Shown here piece by piece: positions 19,444 through 28,285 of a stretch of 64,000 bases of DNA. The stretch is taken from sequence record MW882907. One strand, given 5' to 3'. Both the position numbers and the translations under genes were made by a program. This stretch comes from Escherichia phage vB_EcoM_SQ17. The number at the start of each line of letters is the position of its first letter. Position 1 is the first letter of the stretch. The notes beneath the pieces were generated by a model. It was not told where the DNA came from and did no database searches. It saw nothing but the letters and a program-made list of their open reading frames with translations.

Positions 19444-20393
19444 TATAACACCTCAATGACATTTCGTAAACCATCAGCTTTTGCATTCAGAGCTTTTAAT
19501 GATTTAGTTTGTTTTGCAATCTGGGCTTCGACTTCTTTCAGACGAGATTTGAGATATTCGCGTTCTTCTCTTAAATTATCAACTTTTTCTACTTTAGGTT
19601 CTTTAATAGGCTTAGGCTTATACTCGTTAGGGTTCTTCAACTTAATTTGAATGCGAGAACTGTATAACATTGAATCGTTATCTTCGGATTCGTCGAACGT
19701 TTCAACAACATCCATAGTCTCTAACAATGTAATAAGTTTATAAGACAACGAACGAATAGTTTTGTTGTGCTTATTAATTTCTTCGGCTTTCATGGTACCG
19801 AGATTACGTGAGTAGTAATAAGGAACCTGGATATCAATTGACAATGATGCGTTACCATTACCAGTTGGTTTGAATACTGCAGTAACCCAATCTTTAACAT
19901 GAACTTTATTTGTACGACCATCACCGCCTGTGAATAATTTACGTGAATGTTTAAAAAGCATATTCACTTGATTATTAAATTCACAAGCAAATTTATCAGC
20001 AAATTTAGTTTCAGGAATGGTAGATAACCAATCAGCCAAATGAGTCTTTTTAACATCATTAACAATAGTGAATTCAACCAAATCGGTTTTAGATGTCACA
20101 GATTTAATAAAGCTCGGCTTCATAAAGTTTTTAATGTTATCGCGAGCTACAGTAGAAGATAATAAACGAGAACGTTTGAACCATTGAAGCAGTGTCCCTA
20201 ATGAATGAGAATATGCATTCTGAGTATCTTTACAGATATGATTTTCTTGGCCTGTGTATGTACCAAAATCGCGAAGAATACCACTTACTACAACTCGGTG
20301 TGGAACATCAAATCCTAATGAACCAGAAGCACGTTGGGCATGAACGTTAGCGATAAGACCTGCAAAATAATCAATGTAATGTGAACGTGTCAT
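19443..20393 (-). CDS. hypothetical protein with C-terminal coiled coil
   Basis: 316-aa ORF, ATG start, own early promoter upstream; C-terminal heptad-like region LREEREYLKSRLKEVEAQIAKQTKSLKALNAKADGL. Confidence 0.55.
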   Translation of the reverse strand: MTRSHYIDYFAGLIANVHAQRASGSLGFDVPHRVVVSGILRDFGTYTGQENHICKDTQNAYSHSLGTLLQWFKRSRLLSSTVARDNIKNFMKPSFIKSVTSKTDLVEFTIVNDVKKTHLADWLSTIPETKFADKFACEFNNQVNMLFKHSRKLFTGGDGRTNKVHVKDWVTAVFKPTGNGNASLSIDIQVPYYYSRNLGTMKAEEINKHNKTIRSLSYKLITLLETMDVVETFDESEDNDSMLYSSRIQIKLKNPNEYKPKPIKEPKVEKVDNLREEREYLKSRLKEVEAQIAKQTKSLKALNAKADGLRNVIEVL

Positions 20394-20420
20394 AATATTT
20401 TCCTCTCGTTAAGATAGAAA

Positions 20421-20450
20421 GATTATACTCCAACCATCCTTGGTTGTAAA
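20421..20450 (-). promoter_or_regulatory. T4-type early promoter with palindromic spacer
   Basis: Minus strand GTTTAC-AACCAAGGATGGTTGGAG-TATAAT; spacer contains CAACCA-AGGA-TGGTTG inverted repeat. Confidence 0.5.
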
Positions 20451-20455
20451 CTGAT

Positions 20456-21391
20456 TTATGATTTTAATGCATTCATTGCGTTAAAAAGTTTAGAGTACTG
20501 CAACTGGAGCTTGGTAACTACTTGTTGAGCATCACGAAGCTTAGCTTGTGCTTTGTCAAGTTCAACAGACAGTTGGTCCACAGTGGCTTTGATTTGATTA
20601 TAATAGTAATCTTCGGCAGGAAGAAGACCGTTAGAGATTTCCAGTTTAGTCGACGGTGAAGTGTATATAGATGGAGCAGTAAAATATGCACCTTGAACTT
20701 CAGCATTGCCAATTGGGGTTGTAGTAATTGACGCTTCGAACGTTGCATTTTCCTTTTTAAGATTTTGATAGTATTCAGAGTCTTTGTGCCACCATGGCGC
20801 AGGAACCTTTTTACCAATAGATACACGAGCCTGGATAGCGATATGGCCCTTATTCTTGATAGGGTTGATAATATTAAGCTCACGAGAATAAATTGCTTTA
20901 ATCTGGTGGATATTATCACCTAACACTTCCAACGCTTGGTGGAATACACGAGCAACGTTATCATTCTTAGGTTTATACGTAAGAGTGAACTCGTTCTCAC
21001 TGATAACCATGATTTCTAACTTATCGTAAGTATATTTCAAATGTTTCATGTTAATTGCTTGAGGACGAATACGAGAAGCAATGGCCATCAGATTGTTAAG
21101 GTTATTCCTGAACTGCTTAGCGAAATATTGTCCTTCACCGCCAATACAAAAATTACGAAGTTTCTGTTTGGCTAATAAACGGCTGAACTCACCATTTTTA
21201 ATGAACTCTTTAACGGGTGTGTTAGTAACGCATTCAAATTGAGTAAACTTACGAGAATTAATCCCATAATATGAACAGATTTCCTCAATCTCTTCAGGAG
21301 TCTTTACAGGCATACGGATAGGATTAGGTCCTGGGGTATATGCGTTCGAGGTAAATTCTTTGATAAGTTCTCTACGTGTAATAGAAGCCAT
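20456..21391 (-). CDS. hypothetical protein with C-terminal coiled coil
   Basis: 311-aa ORF, ATG start; C-terminus VDQLSVELDKAQAKLRDAQQVVTKLQLQYSKLFNAMNALKS. Confidence 0.55.
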   Translation of the reverse strand: MASITRRELIKEFTSNAYTPGPNPIRMPVKTPEEIEEICSYYGINSRKFTQFECVTNTPVKEFIKNGEFSRLLAKQKLRNFCIGGEGQYFAKQFRNNLNNLMAIASRIRPQAINMKHLKYTYDKLEIMVISENEFTLTYKPKNDNVARVFHQALEVLGDNIHQIKAIYSRELNIINPIKNKGHIAIQARVSIGKKVPAPWWHKDSEYYQNLKKENATFEASITTTPIGNAEVQGAYFTAPSIYTSPSTKLEISNGLLPAEDYYYNQIKATVDQLSVELDKAQAKLRDAQQVVTKLQLQYSKLFNAMNALKS

Positions 21392-21417
21392 TTTATATTC
21401 CTCATGTTGAAAAATTT

Positions 21418-21447
21418 ATTATACTCCAACCATCCTTGGTTGTACAT
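21418..21447 (-). promoter_or_regulatory. early-type promoter sharing the same palindromic spacer
   Basis: 27 nt TACAACCAAGGATGGTTGGAGTATAAT identical to the promoter at 20421..20450. Confidence 0.5.
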
Positions 21448-22442
21448 CATTCCTTAAGAAGTTTTACTACTTGAATAAGATTAGCTCGTTCCGTTTTATT
21501 TTTACCATTTAAGCCTGCTAATCGTGAGATTTCATCGTCAGTCTGTTGAATAGTTACATTAAGTTCGTTAATCAAAGCTTCAAAGTATTTGATTTGCTCA
21601 GCATGTTTTGATTCAAATTTCTGAACCGGAATAACGTCTTGGTTTAGTTCATCAATAAGGTCTTTAAGAGCATCTTCTTGGTTGATATCATATTCAACTT
21701 CTTTTATTTCTTCAACGAGCTCGTCTTTATATCTAACGTCTTTTAGTCCTGGTGCTGGTCCTGAAATCTCTTCTTTAAGAGTACAAACATATCCAATACG
21801 GTATCCAATGCCGTCTCGCTTGATAACAACTTCGTCGATAAATCCACAATGTTTAAGACCAGAGCCGATTAGGTCAAAATATCCTTGACGTCGTCCTTCA
21901 AACGTTACACGAACTACTAAGACAGTTTTACCTGCAACCTTTTGAAGCTCACATTTATAAAAGTCTGTTGAACCTGAATAACGTGGATGAGTTTTAAAGT
22001 TCATCTGACGATCTAGGCCCATTTGTAAGCGTGCTGATACGGCCATAAAACGTGTTTGGTTCTCGTTAAGATGAGCAACAATCCATTTCAAAGGCATTTT
22101 ACACTGTTCACGACCGAACAAATCAGTACGTCCTAGATTACGCAGAATGTTGTTAGAGTTAATCATCGACAGAACGTTAAGTTTATTCAGCGCGCTGAAG
22201 ATTCCATCGGCCATTGATTTTCCGTAACCTTTACACGCTTTAATAAGCGCTCGCGGTAGATTAGTATAAATTTCAGACGGCATATGAAAATCAAATTTAC
22301 TAGTCAGTAATTGATGAACTTGGATAGCAATTTGCTCATAATTAAGTGCTCTGCGATCATTATGGTCTTTAAACCATACTTTAATCTGTGAAGCACATAA
22401 ACCGTTAATTTCATGTTTTACCGCATCAGATGTAATGCTCAT
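21447..22442 (-). CDS. hypothetical protein with C-terminal coiled coil
   Basis: 331-aa ORF, ATG start; acidic and coiled-coil C-terminal third. Confidence 0.55.
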   Translation of the reverse strand: MSITSDAVKHEINGLCASQIKVWFKDHNDRRALNYEQIAIQVHQLLTSKFDFHMPSEIYTNLPRALIKACKGYGKSMADGIFSALNKLNVLSMINSNNILRNLGRTDLFGREQCKMPLKWIVAHLNENQTRFMAVSARLQMGLDRQMNFKTHPRYSGSTDFYKCELQKVAGKTVLVVRVTFEGRRQGYFDLIGSGLKHCGFIDEVVIKRDGIGYRIGYVCTLKEEISGPAPGLKDVRYKDELVEEIKEVEYDINQEDALKDLIDELNQDVIPVQKFESKHAEQIKYFEALINELNVTIQQTDDEISRLAGLNGKNKTERANLIQVVKLLKE

Positions 22443-22504
22443 AACTATTTCCTCAGATTGAATTGGAACTCAAAACCATTATAACCCGTCCTTGGGTAAA
22501 GCGT

Positions 22505-23032
22505 TTATGCGTGAACCGTCTTTAAACGTTCTTCAAATTTCCGAAGAGTACTAATACGTTCTGCTTTCTGTTTTGTATAGTTTGCAATACGTTCTGAAGT
22601 GAGAGCGTATCGTTCATTTACTGTTTCTTTCATGAAGTCAGGGATTTCACGAGAAGCTTTAATTTCATCAAACTTATCGAGTACTGCCTGGTCTTCAGCG
22701 ATTAAATTTTCGTACATCTCGATATCTTTCTTGATAAACTCGATATCTTCCTGTGTTACTTTGGATAAACGAGATGCTTTATCCTTTTTGTACTGCTCGT
22801 TAGTTTCACGAGACCAGAATAATGTACGTTTTTTGTTAGTGTTTTTGTAGACTTCCACAATTCCAACTGAATCGATGATAGCAATCCAATTCCAGCGAGA
22901 TTTGAAAATCTGACCTCCGTCCACGGTAATCTCGTTACCATAAGCAACGTCATTAAAGAACTTGCTTTGTGCTTCAGATTTAAATTTACCGTCGTTATAA
23001 TTTACCAGGTTGAAAATATCTTTAGCGTTCAT
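22505..23032 (-). CDS. hypothetical protein
   Basis: 175-aa ORF, ATG start, preceded by early promoter. Confidence 0.5.
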   Translation of the reverse strand: MNAKDIFNLVNYNDGKFKSEAQSKFFNDVAYGNEITVDGGQIFKSRWNWIAIIDSVGIVEVYKNTNKKRTLFWSRETNEQYKKDKASRLSKVTQEDIEFIKKDIEMYENLIAEDQAVLDKFDEIKASREIPDFMKETVNERYALTSERIANYTKQKAERISTLRKFEERLKTVHA

Positions 23033-23059
23033 GTTTTACCTCCAGTAGTTGATAGGTCT

Positions 23060-23088
23060 ATAATAACATAACCATAGACCTTGTAAAC
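23060..23088 (-). promoter_or_regulatory. T4-type early promoter
   Basis: Minus strand GTTTAC, 17-nt spacer, TATTAT; part of the recurring tgataggtctataataacat motif. Confidence 0.5.
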
Positions 23089-23090
23089 AA

Positions 23091-23480
23091 CTAAAAGAAA
23101 CTTTTTTCGGTATTTTTTCCACTGAACCAAACCGATTTAGGAATTTTCTGTAATTTTTCAGATTTAAGTTTCTCTTCCTGTTCTTTCTTGTATGCATCCT
23201 TGTCGTACTGGAACAACTCTAGGGCATTCTTTTGTAGACGGTCTAAGGTAATTAAGGCTTTAGTTTTTCCTTTCAAGGAAGAGTCCTGGCGAACCTCCTC
23301 GCTATATTGCATCGTAGAACTAACCATACGATGAGCATACAGTTCGACTGCGGCTTTAATTTTTTGCATAAAATCCATAACATAGCCCTCTTTGATTTGT
23401 ACAACATTATTTTTAAATATTTCTATGCCCTCAGTAGGTTCCTGGTGTCCTTCTTTGAGGTAAGCCATATGATTATTCAT
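23091..23480 (-). CDS. hypothetical protein
   Basis: 129-aa ORF, ATG start. Confidence 0.5.
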   Translation of the reverse strand: MNNHMAYLKEGHQEPTEGIEIFKNNVVQIKEGYVMDFMQKIKAAVELYAHRMVSSTMQYSEEVRQDSSLKGKTKALITLDRLQKNALELFQYDKDAYKKEQEEKLKSEKLQKIPKSVWFSGKNTEKSFF

Positions 23481-23517
23481 CTTTATGGCTTTTGTTACCT
23501 CAGAACTTCCTATAAGC

Positions 23518-24519
23518 TTATTTCAGTAAAGTAACTTCAGAGATTTCCTCCCAACCATCTTTATCAGTTGAAATAAAATCTGCTACGTAAAGAGCCGTAC
23601 GTAATGATACATTGCGAAGACGAGATACGTTAGCCTTCATCCAGGACAATGCTTTATACGTTTCTGCATCTGTCAGACCACGTTTCTGCATCATGTCAGT
23701 AGATAATATTACATCTTCAACTCGAACCATAATCTCTTCATTAGAGTGTACTCCAAGGTCGAGATACACTGAACGAGATACTAAAGCTTGAAGGTGTGGG
23801 GCAAGTTTCGAACCGCGTTCTAACTCTTTATCGATATCAACGTTTGTAATGAAAACGATAGTACCTTCAAACTCAAATTCTTTATCAATACCCTTATCAT
23901 CGAGATAAGATGACGCAGTGCTCCAACAAACTTTGCGTTTATCTCCAGTATCTAATGCTGCTTTAAGAAGGTTCAAGATGTCCATATCTGAGAATACGTC
24001 AACGTCGTCGATTAAGAGAACGCTGTCTGCATCACGGTTGAGCCAAAGTTGTTCGTAAAGGCCAATACCAGAGATTTTACCATTAATGCTTTTGTATTTG
24101 ATGAAACCGTTATCATTAGCATTATTAAGTGCTTTATCCAGAGAATACGTCTTACCAATACCAGCTGCACCTGAAATAATGAGTGAACGAATTTTGCCAT
24201 CGATAATGCCATTCGTCATCATGTTCATTACTTTAAAGCGTTTGTTGATACGAGTTTTCATATCTTCAGTGCTTTCAACAACTGCAACTGGTGATGTCTC
24301 AGCTCCTTCCATTATGATGTCTGATTTGAAGACCCATACTCCACGTTCAGAACCATCGATCATAACGAAAATTTTACCGTCACCTAAGTGGGAACATTCA
24401 GGATTAAGCTTTGCCGGGAACCATGTCTTTGTGGCAACATAAGAACCAGAGATTTCGTTATTACGATAGATACCTTTTTTGATTTGAACGTTGAACATTT
24501 TATTCTCCAATTTACTCAT
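23518..24519 (-). CDS. P-loop NTPase (AAA-like ATPase) of unknown function
   Basis: 333-aa ORF; Walker A ISGAAGIGKTYSL, Walker B SVLLIDDVDVF, sensor-like FITN. Confidence 0.6.
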   Translation of the reverse strand: MSKLENKMFNVQIKKGIYRNNEISGSYVATKTWFPAKLNPECSHLGDGKIFVMIDGSERGVWVFKSDIIMEGAETSPVAVVESTEDMKTRINKRFKVMNMMTNGIIDGKIRSLIISGAAGIGKTYSLDKALNNANDNGFIKYKSINGKISGIGLYEQLWLNRDADSVLLIDDVDVFSDMDILNLLKAALDTGDKRKVCWSTASSYLDDKGIDKEFEFEGTIVFITNVDIDKELERGSKLAPHLQALVSRSVYLDLGVHSNEEIMVRVEDVILSTDMMQKRGLTDAETYKALSWMKANVSRLRNVSLRTALYVADFISTDKDGWEEISEVTLLK

Positions 24520-24536
24520 TTCGTTTCGATAGGTCT

Positions 24537-24565
24537 ATAATAACATGTTTAAAGCAAAAGTAAAC
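24537..24565 (-). promoter_or_regulatory. T4-type early promoter
   Basis: Minus strand GTTTAC, 17-nt spacer, TATTAT immediately upstream of the ATPase ORF. Confidence 0.5.
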
Positions 24566-24567
24566 AA

Positions 24568-24786
24568 TTATTTGCGACGAGATTTTTTGGTAAGAGGTTG
24601 AAAGAACACTGCTTTACCTGCAGGAGTCAAAGTAACTCGTAATGCATTACCTATTCCCAAGGATGCTTTAACTAAACCTTTAGCTTTCAGTTCACCGAAT
24701 GCTTGACGCTGGTCTGCATCACGAGTGTTAACCATAAGACCTTTATCACCTGCTTCACGAATCATTTCTAACATTTTGGTTTTCAT
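24568..24786 (-). CDS. small basic protein (possible DNA-binding)
   Basis: Track ORF trimmed to ATG downstream of promoter: MKTKMLEMIREAGDKGLMVNTRDADQRQAFGELKAKGLVKA...; AGGAG Shine-Dalgarno. Confidence 0.45.
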   Translation of the reverse strand: MKTKMLEMIREAGDKGLMVNTRDADQRQAFGELKAKGLVKASLGIGNALRVTLTPAGKAVFFQPLTKKSRRK

Positions 24787-24814
24787 TTTGTTCTCCTCTT
24801 GTTTTGATAGGTCT

Positions 24815-24845
24815 ATAATAACATATCCTAAAAGCATGTACACTA
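24815..24845 (-). promoter_or_regulatory. early-type promoter
   Basis: Minus strand TGTACA, 17-nt spacer, TATTAT; same -10 context as promoters at 23060 and 24537. Confidence 0.4.
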
Positions 24846-24873
24846 CTTTTTAAAAATATTTTGACCCCCTAAA

Positions 24874-24887
24874 GGGCCCGAAGGCCC
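24874..24887 (-). terminator. GC hairpin (GGGCC-TTCG-GGCCC) after NTase ORF
   Basis: Perfect 5-bp GC stem with TTCG tetraloop directly 3' of the stop; no clean U-tract, so may be an mRNA-stability hairpin. Confidence 0.35.
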
Positions 24888-24890
24888 TTA

Positions 24891-25880
24891 TCATTTATAG
24901 TATGAATTGTGGTTTTCTAAGTAGACTTGCTCAAGGAAATCATCCCAGAAACTCATATCTACTTTTTGTTGCATACAGTTCTTAGCGGCTTGTTCTGACG
25001 CATGTTCAACTTGGTCAACTATATCTTCTAAGAATTCCTGTACGGTTTTAAACGTATGTTTACCAAGCTTAACATCGAGAATAAATGGAGCATCCTGAAG
25101 TGGGTAAACCAGGTCTCCGGTTTTGTAAATTTCCAATAGTTGAAGTCCACCGCGACATGCATGACTCAGTGCTTTCCAGTCAATACCTTCGTTAGCTTCT
25201 GCCTTACGAGCACGTTCACCATAGTTCTCTTCTAGTTTAACAAGGATGGCATTGAACTCTTTATTGGTTAACGTGTCTTGGAATTTACGGTCCAACAGAT
25301 TATAGAATGTTTGCTTACCTGTTTTCTCGTTTTCGGTTTCAACCCATGAAGCAAATTCACCTACAGGCAGAACATTCTTCATATGTGATAAACGAATTAC
25401 TGCACCATTATCAAAGTATTGTCCCCATTCATTAGAACGTTTAAGGGCTTGACGAAGAACAGCCAGTCGAGAACCCTTGACACCGTATTTAGAAGCTTGC
25501 TTACGGACATACCCTAAATAAGATTTCATGTTAGTGGTATAGAAACGAGACCTGTTATCTTGAATATACTTCCATACATCAGGCAAATCAGATTTAACTA
25601 CTAAACTTGGTGGAGTGTGAAGCATATCTAATGCGACAGTTTCGCCATCCGCAGCTAGTTTAAAGAAATATTTGAGACTATACAACTCATGGTCCACGTC
25701 GTCTTTTGTGTTCTTCGAAGCGGTGTTGTTAGTGTTCTTGCTCATATGTTCTTTAACGTTACCTGTCAAGATATCACGAGCATGAGGGACGTAAATTTCT
25801 TTAAAATCAACGTCAGATTCAGGAGTAGACGTTCCATAAAGGTGGCTACCAAAGTAGCCTTTCATAATTGTTTTCATCAT
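24891..25880 (-). CDS. nucleotidyltransferase-fold protein (Pol-beta-like NTase motif)
   Basis: 329-aa ORF; N-terminal GSHLYGTSTPESDVDF (G-S ... D-x-D) plus downstream acidic residue; rest helical. Confidence 0.55.
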   Translation of the reverse strand: MMKTIMKGYFGSHLYGTSTPESDVDFKEIYVPHARDILTGNVKEHMSKNTNNTASKNTKDDVDHELYSLKYFFKLAADGETVALDMLHTPPSLVVKSDLPDVWKYIQDNRSRFYTTNMKSYLGYVRKQASKYGVKGSRLAVLRQALKRSNEWGQYFDNGAVIRLSHMKNVLPVGEFASWVETENEKTGKQTFYNLLDRKFQDTLTNKEFNAILVKLEENYGERARKAEANEGIDWKALSHACRGGLQLLEIYKTGDLVYPLQDAPFILDVKLGKHTFKTVQEFLEDIVDQVEHASEQAAKNCMQQKVDMSFWDDFLEQVYLENHNSYYK

Positions 25881-26350
25881 TTAGCCTTATATTCAAGAGT
25901 AGGACAGACTTTTTCTTTACGAGCTTTAAGGTATTCACCTATTAATGATTTCTTACGTTCAATAGGCTCTAGTCCATTTTTAATTCGTTCTTGGTTTTGT
26001 GCAATGAACTCAATTTCTTTATAATATTTTCTGTCGTTATATTTGTCTAACAACCAAGACGGACCAATTACCAACCCGGCAGCAATAAAAGCCATGACTG
26101 CTACAATTAAAATGCCTACACCAATTGAGGCTGGAACTAATGTCCATAGACTGCTAAAAACAAAGAATTTAGTTAAAATTTCCTGGCCAATGATTACGAC
26201 TGCTGCTAAAATCGCAAATCCAATAATTGAAACAGCCAATACTGGGATTAACGTTTTCCAAAAATAAGCACACAATGTTTTCGGGCGATTCCATGTACTA
26301 TTGAACGCGGCATAAATTTTAAAGTGCCAAGAGTTTTCATTGATAATCAT
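25877..26350 (-). CDS. membrane protein
   Basis: 157-aa ORF with three hydrophobic helices (LIPVLAVSIIGFAILAAVVII; FVFSSLWTLVPASIGVGILIVAVMAFIAAGLVIG). Confidence 0.5.
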   Translation of the reverse strand: MIINENSWHFKIYAAFNSTWNRPKTLCAYFWKTLIPVLAVSIIGFAILAAVVIIGQEILTKFFVFSSLWTLVPASIGVGILIVAVMAFIAAGLVIGPSWLLDKYNDRKYYKEIEFIAQNQERIKNGLEPIERKKSLIGEYLKARKEKVCPTLEYKAK

Positions 26351-26359
26351 AATAATTCC

Positions 26360-26890
26360 TTATTTCAAAGTCGGGATAATAGAATCAAGATAAGCTTTAA
26401 GAGCAACTGCTTCATCTTTGTCTAATGTAATGATATGTTGACGAAGGTCATCAATTTGACGAATAACTACGACATCACCATCTTCATAAGAAGGATTAAC
26501 GCCTAGGACTGTTGTAGAGTCAGGGTTGGCCAGATTTGTAATAAAAGCATTACGGCATTTAGCCCATTGAAGTTTGGCCTTTTTGGCTGTTTCAGATTCC
26601 ATTAATTCTTTCACCTTAGTGACGAATGTTTTCCAATTATTAATAGAAAAACATTCGTCTTCAGTTTCGATATTAACCCCACTATAAAGTCCATGATAAA
26701 AACGAACTTGAAGGTCTTCGTCAATGTTAATTACAGATGCATGGCCCGGTGGATTGAGTTTCAAAATCTTGTCCAGTTCCATAGGAAGAATAGTAACCGC
26801 ATCATCTTCTTGTGTCAGAACGTAAGCACAACCACGTTTTTCTATACATAAATCACCAAACAACTCAGTCGTTTCAATTACAGTTTTCAT
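26360..26890 (-). CDS. hypothetical protein
   Basis: Track ORF trimmed to first ATG (MKTVIETTELFGD...), 176 aa. Confidence 0.5.
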   Translation of the reverse strand: MKTVIETTELFGDLCIEKRGCAYVLTQEDDAVTILPMELDKILKLNPPGHASVINIDEDLQVRFYHGLYSGVNIETEDECFSINNWKTFVTKVKELMESETAKKAKLQWAKCRNAFITNLANPDSTTVLGVNPSYEDGDVVVIRQIDDLRQHIITLDKDEAVALKAYLDSIIPTLK

Positions 26891-26891
26891 A

Positions 26892-27071
26892 TTATTCACC
26901 AATTAAAGTTTCAACAAAATTCACCAAAGCATTCTGGCAAGCATCAACCTGATTTTCATAAAAGTCTCCGCTATCATTTACCGCATGATAAGCTACATCA
27001 TTCAAATCTGAATCGGCTTCACGTAAGTCACGGATAAGGTCCATCAATTTATTAGCTTGTTCACGGGTCAT
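26892..27071 (-). CDS. hypothetical small acidic protein (below ORF-track cutoff)
   Basis: Hand translation MTREQANKLMDLIRDLREADSDLNDVAYHAVNDSGDFYENQVDACQNALVNFVETLIGE; stop 2 nt before next ATG. Confidence 0.3.
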   Translation of the reverse strand: MTREQANKLMDLIRDLREADSDLNDVAYHAVNDSGDFYENQVDACQNALVNFVETLIGE

Positions 27072-27205
27072 TTTACCATACTCGTTTCAATAAGATTCAC
27101 CATGCCGTTTACCATGTTATAAGTAAACATCGGATAATTGTATTGTACTACAATATAAGCGATAAGCAAAAGTTTCATTTTGTTCTCCATTTGTTTTGGT
27201 AGGAC

Positions 27206-27236
27206 TACTATAACATAGTCCTATCAAGTTGTAAAC
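27206..27236 (-). promoter_or_regulatory. T4-type early promoter
   Basis: Minus strand GTTTAC, 18-nt spacer, TATAGT; member of the ataggactactataaca repeat family. Confidence 0.5.
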
Positions 27237-27469
27237 TACCGATTATGTTTTAAATGTTGATAAAGTTCTTCAACTTGTTTAGGGTCCAAAACAATTAAGT
27301 CATTTTCTTGGCGAAGATAAATCCATCCCTTATCCCCAGGACCATTTTTACAAAACATCACCACCATATCATCATCTTCAGCGCTTTCAGGTAAAAGTTC
27401 AAGTACACCGTCTTCAGATTTTCCAGTATAATCGTAAAGCATAATGTCCTCACATAATCTCGTTAACAT
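27236..27469 (-). CDS. hypothetical protein
   Basis: 77-aa ORF, acidic. Confidence 0.45.
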   Translation of the reverse strand: MLTRLCEDIMLYDYTGKSEDGVLELLPESAEDDDMVVMFCKNGPGDKGWIYLRQENDLIVLDPKQVEELYQHLKHNR

Positions 27470-27629
27470 ACATTTGCAATTCAGTGTGCGTATCAGCCAT
27501 CTTTTTCATAGCTCTGTTAATATCGATGTCTCCATCTTCGCAACCATGAGCATTTTCCCAATCAGACACCGCATTAGCATACTCTTCAATCAAAAACATT
27601 AACTTAGAAATTTTTTCTTTACGTGACAT
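27450..27629 (-). CDS. hypothetical small protein
   Basis: Track ORF trimmed to ATG downstream of promoter and AGGAGA SD: MSRKEKISKLMFLIEEYANAVSDWENAHG... Confidence 0.4.
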   Translation of the reverse strand: MSRKEKISKLMFLIEEYANAVSDWENAHGCEDGDIDINRAMKKMADTHTELQMYVNEIM

Positions 27630-27656
27630 AACGTTCTCCTCTAGTAAGTAAGGTCT

Positions 27657-27685
27657 ACTATAACACAACCTGAGGAGAAGTAAAC
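27657..27685 (-). promoter_or_regulatory. T4-type early promoter
   Basis: Minus strand GTTTAC, 17-nt spacer, TATAGT. Confidence 0.5.
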
Positions 27686-27694
27686 TGCTAAATG

Positions 27695-27722
27695 CAAAAA
27701 AGCCCCAACCTTTCGGAAGGGG
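27695..27722 (-). terminator. rho-independent terminator after rI
   Basis: Minus strand GCCCCTTCC-GAAA-GGTTGGGGC followed by TTTTTTGC, directly 3' of rI stop. Confidence 0.5.
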
Positions 27723-27730
27723 CAGGTAAA

Positions 27731-28033
27731 TTAGATAGATTTAGGCTCTAATTTTATTTTCATGAACTCTGCAAATTGTCTGGCAGTTTTTATGCCTTGT
27801 TCATGACATTCAAATGCATCATCACAGGGGCTATTTTTGTAATGCTTTGCCATATACTTATAAAATTTTTCAGAATTCTCAACATTTTGAATTTCGAACA
27901 AAGTATATACGTTTTTAATCCCTGATTCCATAAAGTTGTCAAAGTACGGGTCTACATATGCAGTGCCAACGATAGGAGTTGTTGCTGCAAAAAACCCCAG
28001 CATCGCCACAATGGCTATCGCTCTTAAGGCCAT
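27731..28033 (-). CDS. rI: lysis inhibition regulator RI (antiholin)
   Basis: 100-aa ORF; N-terminal signal-anchor MALRAIAIVAMLGFFAATTPIVGTA and periplasmic domain ...VDPYFDNFMESGIKNVYTLFE... resembling T4 RI. Confidence 0.8.
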   Translation of the reverse strand: MALRAIAIVAMLGFFAATTPIVGTAYVDPYFDNFMESGIKNVYTLFEIQNVENSEKFYKYMAKHYKNSPCDDAFECHEQGIKTARQFAEFMKIKLEPKSI

Positions 28034-28045
28034 ATAGGCCTCCTG

Positions 28046-28258
28046 TTAATTTTGGCCAGTATTTATTTTTCGCCTTTGGACGGCCTTAACATCTGCGAGG
28101 TATTTTTCCAGCTTGCGCTTGCGTGTATAATCTGCTTTAGAACCGGTTTGACGGATATCCTCATTTAAATGAGAAATAGAATGTCCTAATTCTCTTCGGA
28201 TTTCATCCAATTGGGTTACAGTAAGATTACGAAGTTGTCTTTCGTTTAATTGCTGCAT
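28046..28258 (-). CDS. hypothetical protein (rI.1 position)
   Basis: 70-aa ORF, ATG start, between tk and rI. Confidence 0.5.
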   Translation of the reverse strand: MQQLNERQLRNLTVTQLDEIRRELGHSISHLNEDIRQTGSKADYTRKRKLEKYLADVKAVQRRKINTGQN

Positions 28259-28285
28259 ATATACCTCTTGGTTAGATATTAGTAT

